46,608 nt of DNA from Methanoregula sp. (GTDB lineage Archaea; Halobacteriota; Methanomicrobia; Methanomicrobiales; Methanospirillaceae): the NCBI GenBank assembly GCA_039698055.1, contig JBDKTL010000019.1:1-46608 (forward strand). The letters run 5' to 3'. The notes under the pieces were generated by a model. It saw only the letters and a list, made by a program, of their open reading frames with translations. It made no database searches and was not told the origin of the DNA. This document shows positions 39,075 through 46,608 of this stretch, piece by piece. The position numbers and the translations under genes are program-made. The number at the start of each line of letters is the position of its first letter. Position 1 is the first letter of the stretch.

Positions 39075-39693
39075 GGAGATACCTCTGCTGCACTTCCGTC
39101 CACACGTGTTCCGGGGATTTTACAAGATCGTCCCATATCGCCGTATCGCGCAGGACGGCATGGAGGACTGCACTCCGCCGGTCCTGCGGCATGTCGCTGT
39201 TTTTTAAGTGATCGCGGAGGCGGTGCTGGAGCTCGATCATCGCATCCAGCGAGGGAAAGCGTGATTCGATTTCTTCCCGGAGAAAGCGCGATACCGCCGG
39301 GCTGTCTCCCCCGGTACTGAACGCGATAAGGTAGTGATCTCCCCCGGTAACCGCCGGGATGATGACATCCCCCGGAGTGCCATCCGCATTATTGAAGAGG
39401 ATTCCCTGTTTTTTGCAGATCTGCCCGATACGGTCATTCAAAACCGGGTCCGGCAGCGCCCCGATTACAAGAAATGCCGGTGCCGTTAATTCTTCGATCT
39501 CTGCATCGGAGAGCGTCCCGATATCTTTTTTGCATACGCGAACTGGAAGTGCAGCGCAGTGATAACCAATCGATCTGCTGACAATCAGGACATCGGCTTC
39601 CTGGCAAAAACGTCCGGCTTTTCGTGCGGCAACTTCGCCTCCCCCAAAGATTACGACCTGTCTGCCGGTGAAGTCAATAACGAGAGGGATCAT
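39067..39693 (-). CDS. sirC: Precorrin-2 dehydrogenase (SirC/CysG N-terminal-like)
   Basis: MIPL..., VVIFGGGEVAARK, FNNAD...DVIIPA, STGGDSPAVSRFLR. Confidence 0.88.
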   Translation of the reverse strand: MIPLVIDFTGRQVVIFGGGEVAARKAGRFCQEADVLIVSRSIGYHCAALPVRVCKKDIGTLSDAEIEELTAPAFLVIGALPDPVLNDRIGQICKKQGILFNNADGTPGDVIIPAVTGGDHYLIAFSTGGDSPAVSRFLREEIESRFPSLDAMIELQHRLRDHLKNSDMPQDRRSAVLHAVLRDTAIWDDLVKSPEHVWTEVQQRYLHD

Positions 39694-40093
39694 CCGATAT
39701 TAGATAGGCTGATTGCGTTACATAAAGATGTTGGAATGGTTATATTCCGGGATTTCTGCCAATAAAAAAGACCCAATATTTTTTTTCGCGCTGATGTTAT
39801 TCTTACCGTAAGAATCCCAAAAACGGTATCATCTCCCGGCCCAAAATCCGTTCAGTACCCGGAGGTGCCGGGAGATGTACAGGAAAACAATTCAACGTTC
39901 AGGCCGGGTTTTAAAAAAAATCGAGTCTGGAAATTACCCGCCAGAAAAAAAACGGTTGCAAGAGCAGGTGCCGGCATGTCACGATGAGCACCAAAGGAAT
40001 GATAATGCCGTAAACGGTACCGGGAAACGACCAGAATATGCCCAGAATTCGATATACTTAAATCATTTGAATGCTCACACTTTAGAGCACACT

Positions 40094-40165
40094 GCGCCGA
40101 TAGTGTAGTGGTTATCACTAGGCGTTGCCAACGCCTAAACCCGGGTTCGAGTCCCGGTCGGCGCA
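40094..40165 (+). tRNA. tRNA-Gly (GCC), intronless, CCA not encoded
   Basis: Acceptor GCGCCGA/TCGGCGC+A; anticodon arm AGGCG-TTGCCAA-CGCCT; T-arm CCGGG-TTCGAGT-CCCGG. Confidence 0.97.
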
Positions 40166-40359
40166 TATTGCCTTGATGGTCGAGGCGTTTGCGTTTTTCT
40201 CTACTCCATTTTTTCATAGCAGCAGATTTACATCGACGGTTCAAATCTTTAGGTCCATATTTAAAGAGTATAATCGACGCAAAAAAACAATATCTCAAGT
40301 GAATTGAAAATATTCTGTAAATTTATATTACTTGTAAAGAACAATGTAATTGAAAACAT

Positions 40360-41025
40360 ATGGTTTTGGAAGGCATCTTAGATGCAAGTGTAATTTTTAT
40401 TTTTTTGGTGATTCTTGGGTTTATCGTTTCAAGTATTTTTCGAACGGGAAGGTACTTTGGAATCTCATCCATTCCCAAAACCGATAATGAGCGACTTCTT
40501 GAATATGTTTCAACCGCGATATTCTTTCTAGTAATTTTTTTCATTTTTCTTATAATGATGCTAAATGCTCAAAGTTCTAATTTTATAACGGATTTTATAA
40601 CCCCTTTTTTCTTGGCATTTGTAGTTACTTTAGGTAAATTTTCAATAAGTCAAGATACGGTTACGGCATATTTAGCTCTACTTTTTTGGATTAGTGTGAT
40701 TTTCATGTTTGTTTATATCGTAATTTTCTCGATTGGACGGTTTATAATGTCATTCGATGAAAATTATATTGAGGTTACTTTTATAGACACGAAAGACACA
40801 TACCGAAGTGTGCTATCTGAAACCGATGACTTTATTTTTTTTGAAACGATAAAAAAACCGTTTCTATGGGTCGCAATACGCAAAGAGAATATTAAATCAA
40901 TGAAATCTATTCGGGGTAAATCGTTGTTTAACGAATTTTTGGTTTATTTACGTACAGATATGGGTAATATTTGGAAAATTGTCACGTCTAAGATCGATGA
41001 GGTACGGAAAAAACGTAAAAATTAA
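40360..41025 (+). CDS. AT-rich hypothetical membrane protein (about 4 TM plus soluble C-terminal domain)
   Basis: 221-aa ORF with Phe/Ile-rich TMs and AT-biased codons unlike the flanking genes. Confidence 0.65.
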   Translation: MVLEGILDASVIFIFLVILGFIVSSIFRTGRYFGISSIPKTDNERLLEYVSTAIFFLVIFFIFLIMMLNAQSSNFITDFITPFFLAFVVTLGKFSISQDTVTAYLALLFWISVIFMFVYIVIFSIGRFIMSFDENYIEVTFIDTKDTYRSVLSETDDFIFFETIKKPFLWVAIRKENIKSMKSIRGKSLFNEFLVYLRTDMGNIWKIVTSKIDEVRKKRKN

Positions 41026-41036
41026 AGAGAGTCGGA

Positions 41037-41413
41037 TCACAATCTCCGCATTTGTTCAATACCTCGATACAGATTCTTCCAGAATTGTTTTGTCACATCT
41101 CCTTCCGGATACAAGTCGTCTGGGTCAAGTTCCTCATTGAGATTCGGGAAAGGCGTTCCATCATTGCGTGACCACACCGCTAATTGCGCACCCGGTATAA
41201 GTAGTTCGACCATATCCCATCTCACATCTGATTCTTTAACCGGTCTACGCATGACCGCTGTTAGTTTTTTGGATGCCCCCCCATATGGGTTCCAGTAACC
41301 TACACCATTGCGTTAAACAGAAGTTCCCCTTCAGTCAATGGCTCATCACAATTACCAAACTTATTTGTCATGTATTTCATCAGGTAGTTTTTCAGTGATT
41401 TGACATCTCTAGG
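41037..41413 (-). pseudogene. C-terminal fragment of a rolling-circle (HUH) replication initiator-like protein
   Basis: Reads PRDVKSLKNYLMKYMTNK...GELLFNAMV*VTGTHM, then a frameshift in a G run (41276-41282) into GASKKLTAVMRRPVKES...; YxxKY resembles RCR Rep motif III. Confidence 0.6.
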
Positions 41414-41498
41414 TTAGCGGCTCTGTTCAAAAAAAATCCAGACCGAGTTTGTGATCCCTGTATTTTTCGACCTATGATCAATGATTCTTTAACCGGTC
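41229..41498 (+). repeat. 17-bp exact direct repeat TGATTCTTTAACCGGTC (41229-41245 and 41482-41498)
   Basis: Two identical copies 253 bp apart. Confidence 0.8.
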
Positions 41499-41633
41499 CT
41501 TTCCGCATCGGCAAATTCAGTGAAATATCCCGTGTGGATATGCGAATAACCGGATACTGGAAAAAACTTCGCGGACATCCCGATCAAAAAACCAGAAACC
41601 TCCCGATTCATTGAACGTTTTTTTGAAAATACT

Positions 41634-41640
41634 AAAAAAA
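41634..41640 (-). terminator. Oligo-T terminator of the H1-like peptide gene
   Basis: T7 tract about 20 nt after the TGA, preceded by pyrimidine-rich sequence. Confidence 0.5.
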
Positions 41641-41659
41641 GGGATAGGTGAATGTTGCA

Positions 41660-41761
41660 TCATTTCTTCTTGGTGACCGCCTTCTTTGCGACTGGTTTTT
41701 TCGCGGCGGTTTTCTTCGCGGCTGGTTTCTTCGCGGCTGGTTTTTTTGTAACTGCTGCCAT
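41660..41761 (-). CDS. 33-aa Lys/Ala-rich histone H1-like basic peptide (MAAVTKKPAAKKPAAKKTAAKKPVAKKAVTKKK)
   Basis: ATG at 41761, TGA ending at 41660; SD GGAGGTG at 41770-41776, TATA-like TTTATTAA upstream, T-tract downstream; pentapeptide xxxKK repeats with varied codons. Confidence 0.8.
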   Translation of the reverse strand: MAAVTKKPAAKKPAAKKTAAKKPVAKKAVTKKK

Positions 41762-41769
41762 CTGGATTC

Positions 41770-41819
41770 CACCTCCTACCGTAAAGGGTTATATTTTTGT
41801 CATTGTATGAATTAATAAA
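41770..41819 (-). promoter_or_regulatory. TATA-like box (TTTATTAA, 41812-41819) and Shine-Dalgarno (GGAGGTG, 41770-41776) of the H1-like gene
   Basis: SD is 8 nt from the ATG; TATA-like box lies about 35 nt upstream of the SD. Confidence 0.6.
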
Positions 41820-42154
41820 TATTTTGGTCGGAACGCGGTTTTGGCGCATAGAATCGATACAAACATGCGGTTTATTCTATGATAAATGGCGATAACCGGA
41901 TATCCACAACAATTCAGGCCGATCTGTTACGAAATGCGCAATTACGCAAATTATGCCCCGTTTTTCGTTTGCTCCAAAAATCTTTGAGTAAAAATTTCCA
42001 TTTTGGGCCTGGCAAAGGGAAAAATACGGGGAAAACCTGACTTGCGCGGCAGTTGCATCATGCACAATCATTTTTTAGTGCATTTCGGGATTTTAACATA
42101 AAATTACGCACAAAAAAAGCAATCTTTATTCACCCCCGCACCTATCGACATATA

Positions 42155-42493
42155 ATGAGAAAGCAGTTTATTTTAGGAGTGCTGGGTGGATTTTTCGGGA
42201 TATGCTCCGCGGGATATGTCATTTTGTCTGCCACATCCCCGGACATGACCCTGTCGGGGGTACAGGCTGCCCTTTTCTCCAGCCTCGGACTGATGGGGGC
42301 AGCGGTTGCAAATAGTGAAACGCGTTTTGCCGGGTGGATGCTGCTCTCCTCATCGGTCTGGATCACGCTTTCCGTCCCCATCGCCGGGACATTCTCCCTG
42401 TTATATCTCTACTCCCCTGCCATTATCATCCTTGGCGTGGCAGCAGTTTTCTGTTTCCTGGAACCGGCAGAAGACAACAAGACTCCCGAATAG
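42155..42493 (+). CDS. Small membrane protein (about 4 TM), unknown function
   Basis: MRKQFILGVLGGFFGI...FSSLGLMGAAV...AGWMLL...PAIIILGVAAV; hydrophobic throughout. Confidence 0.7.
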   Translation: MRKQFILGVLGGFFGICSAGYVILSATSPDMTLSGVQAALFSSLGLMGAAVANSETRFAGWMLLSSSVWITLSVPIAGTFSLLYLYSPAIIILGVAAVFCFLEPAEDNKTPE

Positions 42494-42702
42494 TTCCACG
42501 GTCAATTTTTTTGTCGTGACAGGTACTGACATTCAGCATATACCTGCAAAATCCAAATCAATCCCGATAGAGAGTGCTCAAAAAGATCCGGGCATAATCG
42601 GAAGGGATGCGGAAATTGCAATGTGTCCATGTCAGATCATAATTCAATATTTTCCGATAAAACATTGATGAAATAGTATCACAATCCTGGCGGTTCCTGA
42701 TC

Positions 42703-42785
42703 GACACGGCAGTTTACGATGCAGGAAACCACCCGTACTTTTGCACGAGTGCTTGCAGGTTTTTCCCATCATGAATGGCCGTGTT
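42703..42785 (+). other. Long imperfect inverted repeat / hairpin, candidate structured RNA
   Basis: Arms 42704-42730 and 42758-42784 pair without gaps at 23 of 27 positions (including 4 G-U), plus an inner GTACT/AGTGC stem. Confidence 0.5.
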
Positions 42786-42822
42786 TTACACAGCGCCACT
42801 ACCAAAAAAGTTCCCGGTGATT

Positions 42823-43182
42823 TTATGTGCTTTTCTCGTCACCGGTCAATTCGTTCACCGGTAAATCCGGCCCTTTTGTTATTTTACTCCGGATAACCCG
42901 GGCTGCAACGGTATTCAGGATGACAAGGAGGGCAAGCAGGACAATCAGCACGATGATGAGATCGAGATATTGAGTCCCACCGCCGATTGAGAACGCATAC
43001 AATCCAAAAGAAAGTCCTGCAAGCGTGATTGCCCCAAAAGAGAGCATGGATGCCCGGGTCCCGGTAAACTGCCTGCTCCGTATATCCGGGAACAACAACA
43101 GTCCGATAACGCTGGTGCCGGCAAACCCGGCACTGACGATGATGAGGACATAGAGAACAATGTCAAGCACCAGGCTGCTCAT
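42823..43182 (-). CDS. MnhG/MrpG-like antiporter or energy-converting-complex subunit
   Basis: Three TMs; SVIGLLLFPDIRSR resembles the G-subunit GxxRFPDxYxR motif; coupled to an F-like gene. Confidence 0.65.
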   Translation of the reverse strand: MSSLVLDIVLYVLIIVSAGFAGTSVIGLLLFPDIRSRQFTGTRASMLSFGAITLAGLSFGLYAFSIGGGTQYLDLIIVLIVLLALLVILNTVAARVIRSKITKGPDLPVNELTGDEKST

Positions 43183-43442
43183 GGTTGTTCACTCCCGTGA
43201 AAATATGCTGATCCAATCGTGCCGGAAAAACCAATCACGGCAAAAACGATGGCAATTCCCAGTATCATCAGGTTCCCCCATGCAAAAGCAAGTGCAATAA
43301 ATCCCGAACACGCAATCGTGATGGCCACGTTGATGGCAACGAGACGATCCAGCCATGACGGCCCGGGGATGATGCGGAGAACTGCACAGAATGCAAGAAA
43401 GAAAAGACAGCCTGCTGCAAAAAGCCATGTGTCAATAAGCAT
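43179..43442 (-). CDS. MnhF/MrpF-like subunit
   Basis: LRIIPGPSWLDRLVAIN...IAIVFAVIGFSGTI typical of MrpF/MbhB. Confidence 0.78.
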   Translation of the reverse strand: MLIDTWLFAAGCLFFLAFCAVLRIIPGPSWLDRLVAINVAITIACSGFIALAFAWGNLMILGIAIVFAVIGFSGTIGSAYFHGSEQP

Positions 43443-43743
43443 AGTTACCACCCGTTTACCTTTTTTCCTGATGTACAAAAACCAACCAACACATCATTAC
43501 CGGATCTTCAGGATTTTATTCTCATAAAAACCGGTAAGGGTTTGTTTTTTTATTGCATCGTTCCGGCATTCCCTGTTTACGAACCTGTACTATTGAATAG
43601 AAAATTGATGTTTATCAAACCTCTTGATACAAACCCGGCAGGCACATGGCAGAGATCGATCAGGTCTATCATATGAAAAATCAATAACAAGTCGTTTGTT
43701 CTCCCACGTGTTTTTATTTTTGCAGGGTGAATGAATACAAAGA

Positions 43744-45132
43744 ATGCACCCCTCCTATCTTGGTAAAAATCTGTTGCGCTGGTGCGATCACTGCCACACG
43801 CCGGTTCTGTCCGAACATTGTTTTTGTGGTGCGGCAACCCGTGAAGTGCCCATTACCCCTCCCTGCGATGCCCGCGTGGGATTTCCCGAGGATATACACC
43901 TTGTCAACAGGATATTTGAGGAGCATTTCGGTGCCCCGGTGATACCGGAAAATCATCTGGTTCTCTTCAACAAGGTACCGGATCATGACCGGATGGAAGA
44001 AATTATTGTTGGTGGAGGGGTTATCGGTAATATCAGGTATATCCCTGCAAAGCGGTGCTGGGAACCTATCCCCCGGCCCGGGGCCTGTACCCTGTTCACC
44101 CCGAAAAAACGGTATGTTGTGGTGGATGCAAGTACTGTCCCCTACATCCGTGACAAGAGCATGAGTGTGCTTCGTCCGGGTCTTGTGCATATCGACGATT
44201 CAGTCCGGGCCGGCGACGAGGTGTTCATTCTCGCGGAAACCGGTGAGTGCATCGGCGTCGGCCGGGCAAAAGTCGATGCAGCAACCGCCCGCACGCTGGA
44301 GAAAGGGTCCATTGTAAGAACCCGGAGAAATATCGCGTCCATGGTAATTCCCGGTGAAGCCACGTGGGCCGGGGCAGTAACGGCAAACACGAACGAAATT
44401 GATCGGGTTGAAACCGCGTCGGTGGAATTTGTCCGGGAAGTGGCAGCCACATATCCCCTGCCGGTTACGATCTCGTATTCCGGGGGTAAGGACAGTCTCG
44501 TAACCCTGCTCGTCGTGACAAAAGCGCTTGGCCGGGTACCGCTCCTGTTTGCAGATACCGGTTTTGAATTTCCCGAAACCTATGCAAACGTGGATACGGT
44601 TGCACAGAAGTACGGGCTTGAACTCATCCGGACAAATACCTCGGAACGGTTCACGGATGCCTTTGCCCGCCAGGGACCACCTGCGGTTAATTCCCGGTGG
44701 TGCTGCGGTGTATGCAAACTGGTGCCGGTTGCAGAAACCATCCGGGAGCGCTGGGGGGAATGCCTGTCCTTTATCGGGCAACGGAAATATGAATCACTTG
44801 CCCGTGCGCACAGCAAACGCGTCTGGAGAAATCCAAAAGTCGGTGTACAGGTTTCTGCAGCCCCGATCCAGAACTGGACTGCCCTCCATGTCTGGCTGTA
44901 TCTTTTCCGGGAGCAGGCGCCTTACAATATCCTGTACGAACACCGGCTGGATCGGATCGGATGTTTCATGTGCCCATCCAGTGATATGGCATTGATCCAT
45001 ATGATTGAACAGGATTACCCTGACCTCTGGCAGGAATGGAAGCAACGCCTTACCCAGTGGCAGGAGGCGCATCACCTGCCACCGGAATGGGTTACTGCCG
45101 GTCACTGGAGACTGCGGGAGGATCATACATGA
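43744..45132 (+). CDS. PAPS-reductase-family (PP-loop) protein with N-terminal Cys motif, PUA domain and Fe-S-type Cys motifs
   Basis: WCDHC..CFCG; PUA-like VVVD...VLRPGLV..IGVG; SYSGGKDS, DTGFEFPET, RWCCGVCK, GQRKYES, RIGCFMCP. Confidence 0.85.
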   Translation: MHPSYLGKNLLRWCDHCHTPVLSEHCFCGAATREVPITPPCDARVGFPEDIHLVNRIFEEHFGAPVIPENHLVLFNKVPDHDRMEEIIVGGGVIGNIRYIPAKRCWEPIPRPGACTLFTPKKRYVVVDASTVPYIRDKSMSVLRPGLVHIDDSVRAGDEVFILAETGECIGVGRAKVDAATARTLEKGSIVRTRRNIASMVIPGEATWAGAVTANTNEIDRVETASVEFVREVAATYPLPVTISYSGGKDSLVTLLVVTKALGRVPLLFADTGFEFPETYANVDTVAQKYGLELIRTNTSERFTDAFARQGPPAVNSRWCCGVCKLVPVAETIRERWGECLSFIGQRKYESLARAHSKRVWRNPKVGVQVSAAPIQNWTALHVWLYLFREQAPYNILYEHRLDRIGCFMCPSSDMALIHMIEQDYPDLWQEWKQRLTQWQEAHHLPPEWVTAGHWRLREDHT

Positions 45133-45737
45133 CGACAACGATTGCCATCATCGATTATGGACTGGGTAACCTGCGAAGCGTTATCAGGGGTATTGAAAAA
45201 GCCGGTGCGCACGCGACTATCACCGGTAATCCTGCCGATATTGCTTCTGCCGATGGCATCGTACTCCCGGGCGTCGGCGCATTCCACGAGGGCATGGAGC
45301 AGCTGGGCGCCCTTAAAAATACGGTTACCGATGCCACCCGTTCTGTCCCGCTGCTGGGCATCTGCCTTGGCATGCAGATGCTGATGGAAAAAAGCGAGGA
45401 GCATGGCGAGCATGCAGGACTGAATTTGATCCCGGGCCGGGTCCGGCGTTTTCCCCATGTGCCCGGTTACAAGGTTCCCCACATGGGATGGAACATCATC
45501 CATCTCGAGAAACTGGATAACCCCCTCTTTGAAGGACTCTCGTCCGATGTATCGGTGTATTTTGTTCATTCCTACTATGCCGATACCCTGCCGGAATATA
45601 CACTGACCACGACCGAGTATATCTGCCCGTTCGCGTCATCAGTGGTTAACGGCAATAGTTACGGGGTTCAGTTCCACCCGGAAAAAAGTGGTGCGGTCGG
45701 TCTTACGATCCTGAAAAATTTTATTCAGATGATATAA
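45129..45737 (+). CDS. hisH: Imidazole glycerol phosphate synthase glutaminase subunit
   Basis: IIDYGLGNLRSV, LPGVGAF, GICLGMQ, VPHMGWN, YFVHSY, QFHPEKSG. Confidence 0.97.
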   Translation: MTTTIAIIDYGLGNLRSVIRGIEKAGAHATITGNPADIASADGIVLPGVGAFHEGMEQLGALKNTVTDATRSVPLLGICLGMQMLMEKSEEHGEHAGLNLIPGRVRRFPHVPGYKVPHMGWNIIHLEKLDNPLFEGLSSDVSVYFVHSYYADTLPEYTLTTTEYICPFASSVVNGNSYGVQFHPEKSGAVGLTILKNFIQMI

Positions 45738-45813
45738 CGCCTCTACCTTCCTGAAAGGTGAGATTTGTTTTTTGGAGGAACCTTTTTAATACCAGAAATT
45801 CGACCATGTAGAC

Positions 45814-46608
45814 ATGAAAAAGGCCATCCTTGTTTTCCTTGCACTCTGCCTGTTCCTTGTAGGAGCAGCTTCTGCATATGGATTGTATCTTTCCTGCCCG
45901 GATAAAATCCAGGCCGGCCAGACCCTGAAATGTTCCATTGATTCCGATTTTCCCTCAGGGAGAAGTTTCGATCTGGTATTTTACCAGGCACAATATACCT
46001 CAACGGAACTTGATCGCCAGTCCCTGACCATTCAGGAGAACCACGCCACCCAGTACAAACTGTTCGATACCCGGGGGTTAAAAGGCGGACAATACAAAAT
46101 GGAGATCCAATTTATCGGACCGTCAGATTCGGTTCGTTCGGACTCTGTCACGTCAAAACTTATCACGCTGACTGACCGATCGGGCGAGATTACCATGACT
46201 TCTCCTCTTACCCAGACAACGGACGACGCGCTGCATATCGATGGTTCAATTGTCAAAGAGGGGACAAACGGTGTGCAGGTTGAAGTTCGCGGCCAGAGTA
46301 TCGGGCGGATATTTGGTCCACAATACGTCCGCACAACAAATGACATGAAGACCGGTGCGGGACTCTTTTCCCAGAAAGTGACGACATCTCAACCGGATGA
46401 TTATGATGTATACTTTACGGATTCTAACGGGTTTATTGGCGTTGTTACGTTCCACGTGACTTCACCGGCACCCGTCCAGACATTCACCACCATCCCGACA
46501 ACAACGATGCCAAAGACAACAATAAAGACGCTCACACCCATTTCCACCCCGACAACGGCACCAACACAATCTCCCCTGTCCATTAGTGCAGTTCTTGGGG
46601 CACTGGGC
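45814..46608 (+). CDS. Secreted/cell-surface protein with Thr/Pro-rich linker and C-terminal sorting-like segment (3' truncated by the window)
   Basis: Not in the ORF track. MKKAILVFLALCLFLVGAASA signal peptide; frame open to the edge, ending ...TTIPTTTMPKTTIKTLTPISTPTTAPTQSPLSISAVLGALG. Confidence 0.8.
   Translation, partial: MKKAILVFLALCLFLVGAASAYGLYLSCPDKIQAGQTLKCSIDSDFPSGRSFDLVFYQAQYTSTELDRQSLTIQENHATQYKLFDTRGLKGGQYKMEIQFIGPSDSVRSDSVTSKLITLTDRSGEITMTSPLTQTTDDALHIDGSIVKEGTNGVQVEVRGQSIGRIFGPQYVRTTNDMKTGAGLFSQKVTTSQPDDYDVYFTDSNGFIGVVTFHVTSPAPVQTFTTIPTTTMPKTTIKTLTPISTPTTAPTQSPLSISAVLGALG

Larger units (their letters stand above)
40166..41500. mobile_element. Decayed integrated-element remnant at tRNA-Gly (AT-rich cargo gene plus Rep pseudogene); right boundary approximate
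   Basis: Abrupt AT enrichment directly after the tRNA; Rep-like fragment with YLMKY; no integrase and no clear att duplication. Confidence 0.55.

Noticed and set aside
39852-40307. ORFs overlapping the tRNA (39852-40298, 39875-40108, 40125-40307)
   Set aside because: They overlap a canonical tRNA-Gly and have no protein-like motifs.
41300-41302. Pyrrolysine read-through of the in-frame TAG in the Rep fragment
   Set aside because: A frameshift follows about 20 nt later and the 5' half is missing, so TGG-to-TAG decay is simpler. No pyl genes are in the window.
41517-41849. 110-aa track ORF with SREE repeats
   Set aside because: Alternative-frame reading of the 15-bp repeats; the SD, ATG and terminator fit the 33-aa Lys/Ala frame instead.
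41821-41850. attR copy of the tRNA-Gly 3' end (TTGGCGCATA vs TCGGCGCATA)
   Set aside because: Only 9 of 10 bases match and the T-arm is not duplicated; compatible with chance.

Overview
A 46.6-kb archaeal chromosomal segment. Gene content (archaeosortase A, TFS, Pth2, TruD, anaerobic cbi and hem clusters, MutS/MutL) suggests a methanogen, most likely Methanomicrobiales/Methanoregula-like; this is inference. Most of the window is housekeeping: UbiA prenyltransferase, an ABC-2 exporter, pth2-truD, sppA, a RibD-C reductase, artA, tfs, mutS-mutL-mutY-like, cbiTLFGHCDE, sirC-hemA...hemB-hemL-hemC-cobA, tRNA-Gly(GCC), an mnhF/G-like pair, a PUA/PAPS-reductase-family gene and hisH. Four notable elements are not captured by the ORF track: (1) a complete transcription unit for a 33-aa Lys/Ala-rich histone-H1-like peptide (41660-41761, minus); (2) a decayed rolling-circle Rep pseudogene (YLMKY motif) in an AT-rich islet behind tRNA-Gly; (3) a degenerate dispersed repeat (core ATGAGGTCGCG) flanking an ORB-like box in convergent intergenic DNA; (4) a long imperfect hairpin at 42703-42785. 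Also notable are an orphan HEPN/DUF86 gene between duplicated META genes next to a 2H-phosphoesterase/metallophosphatase fusion, and a MutY-like glycosylase lacking the Fe-S cluster motif. No CRISPR array, rRNA, intact transposase or integrase was seen. All family calls come from motif recognition by eye; no database searches were run.
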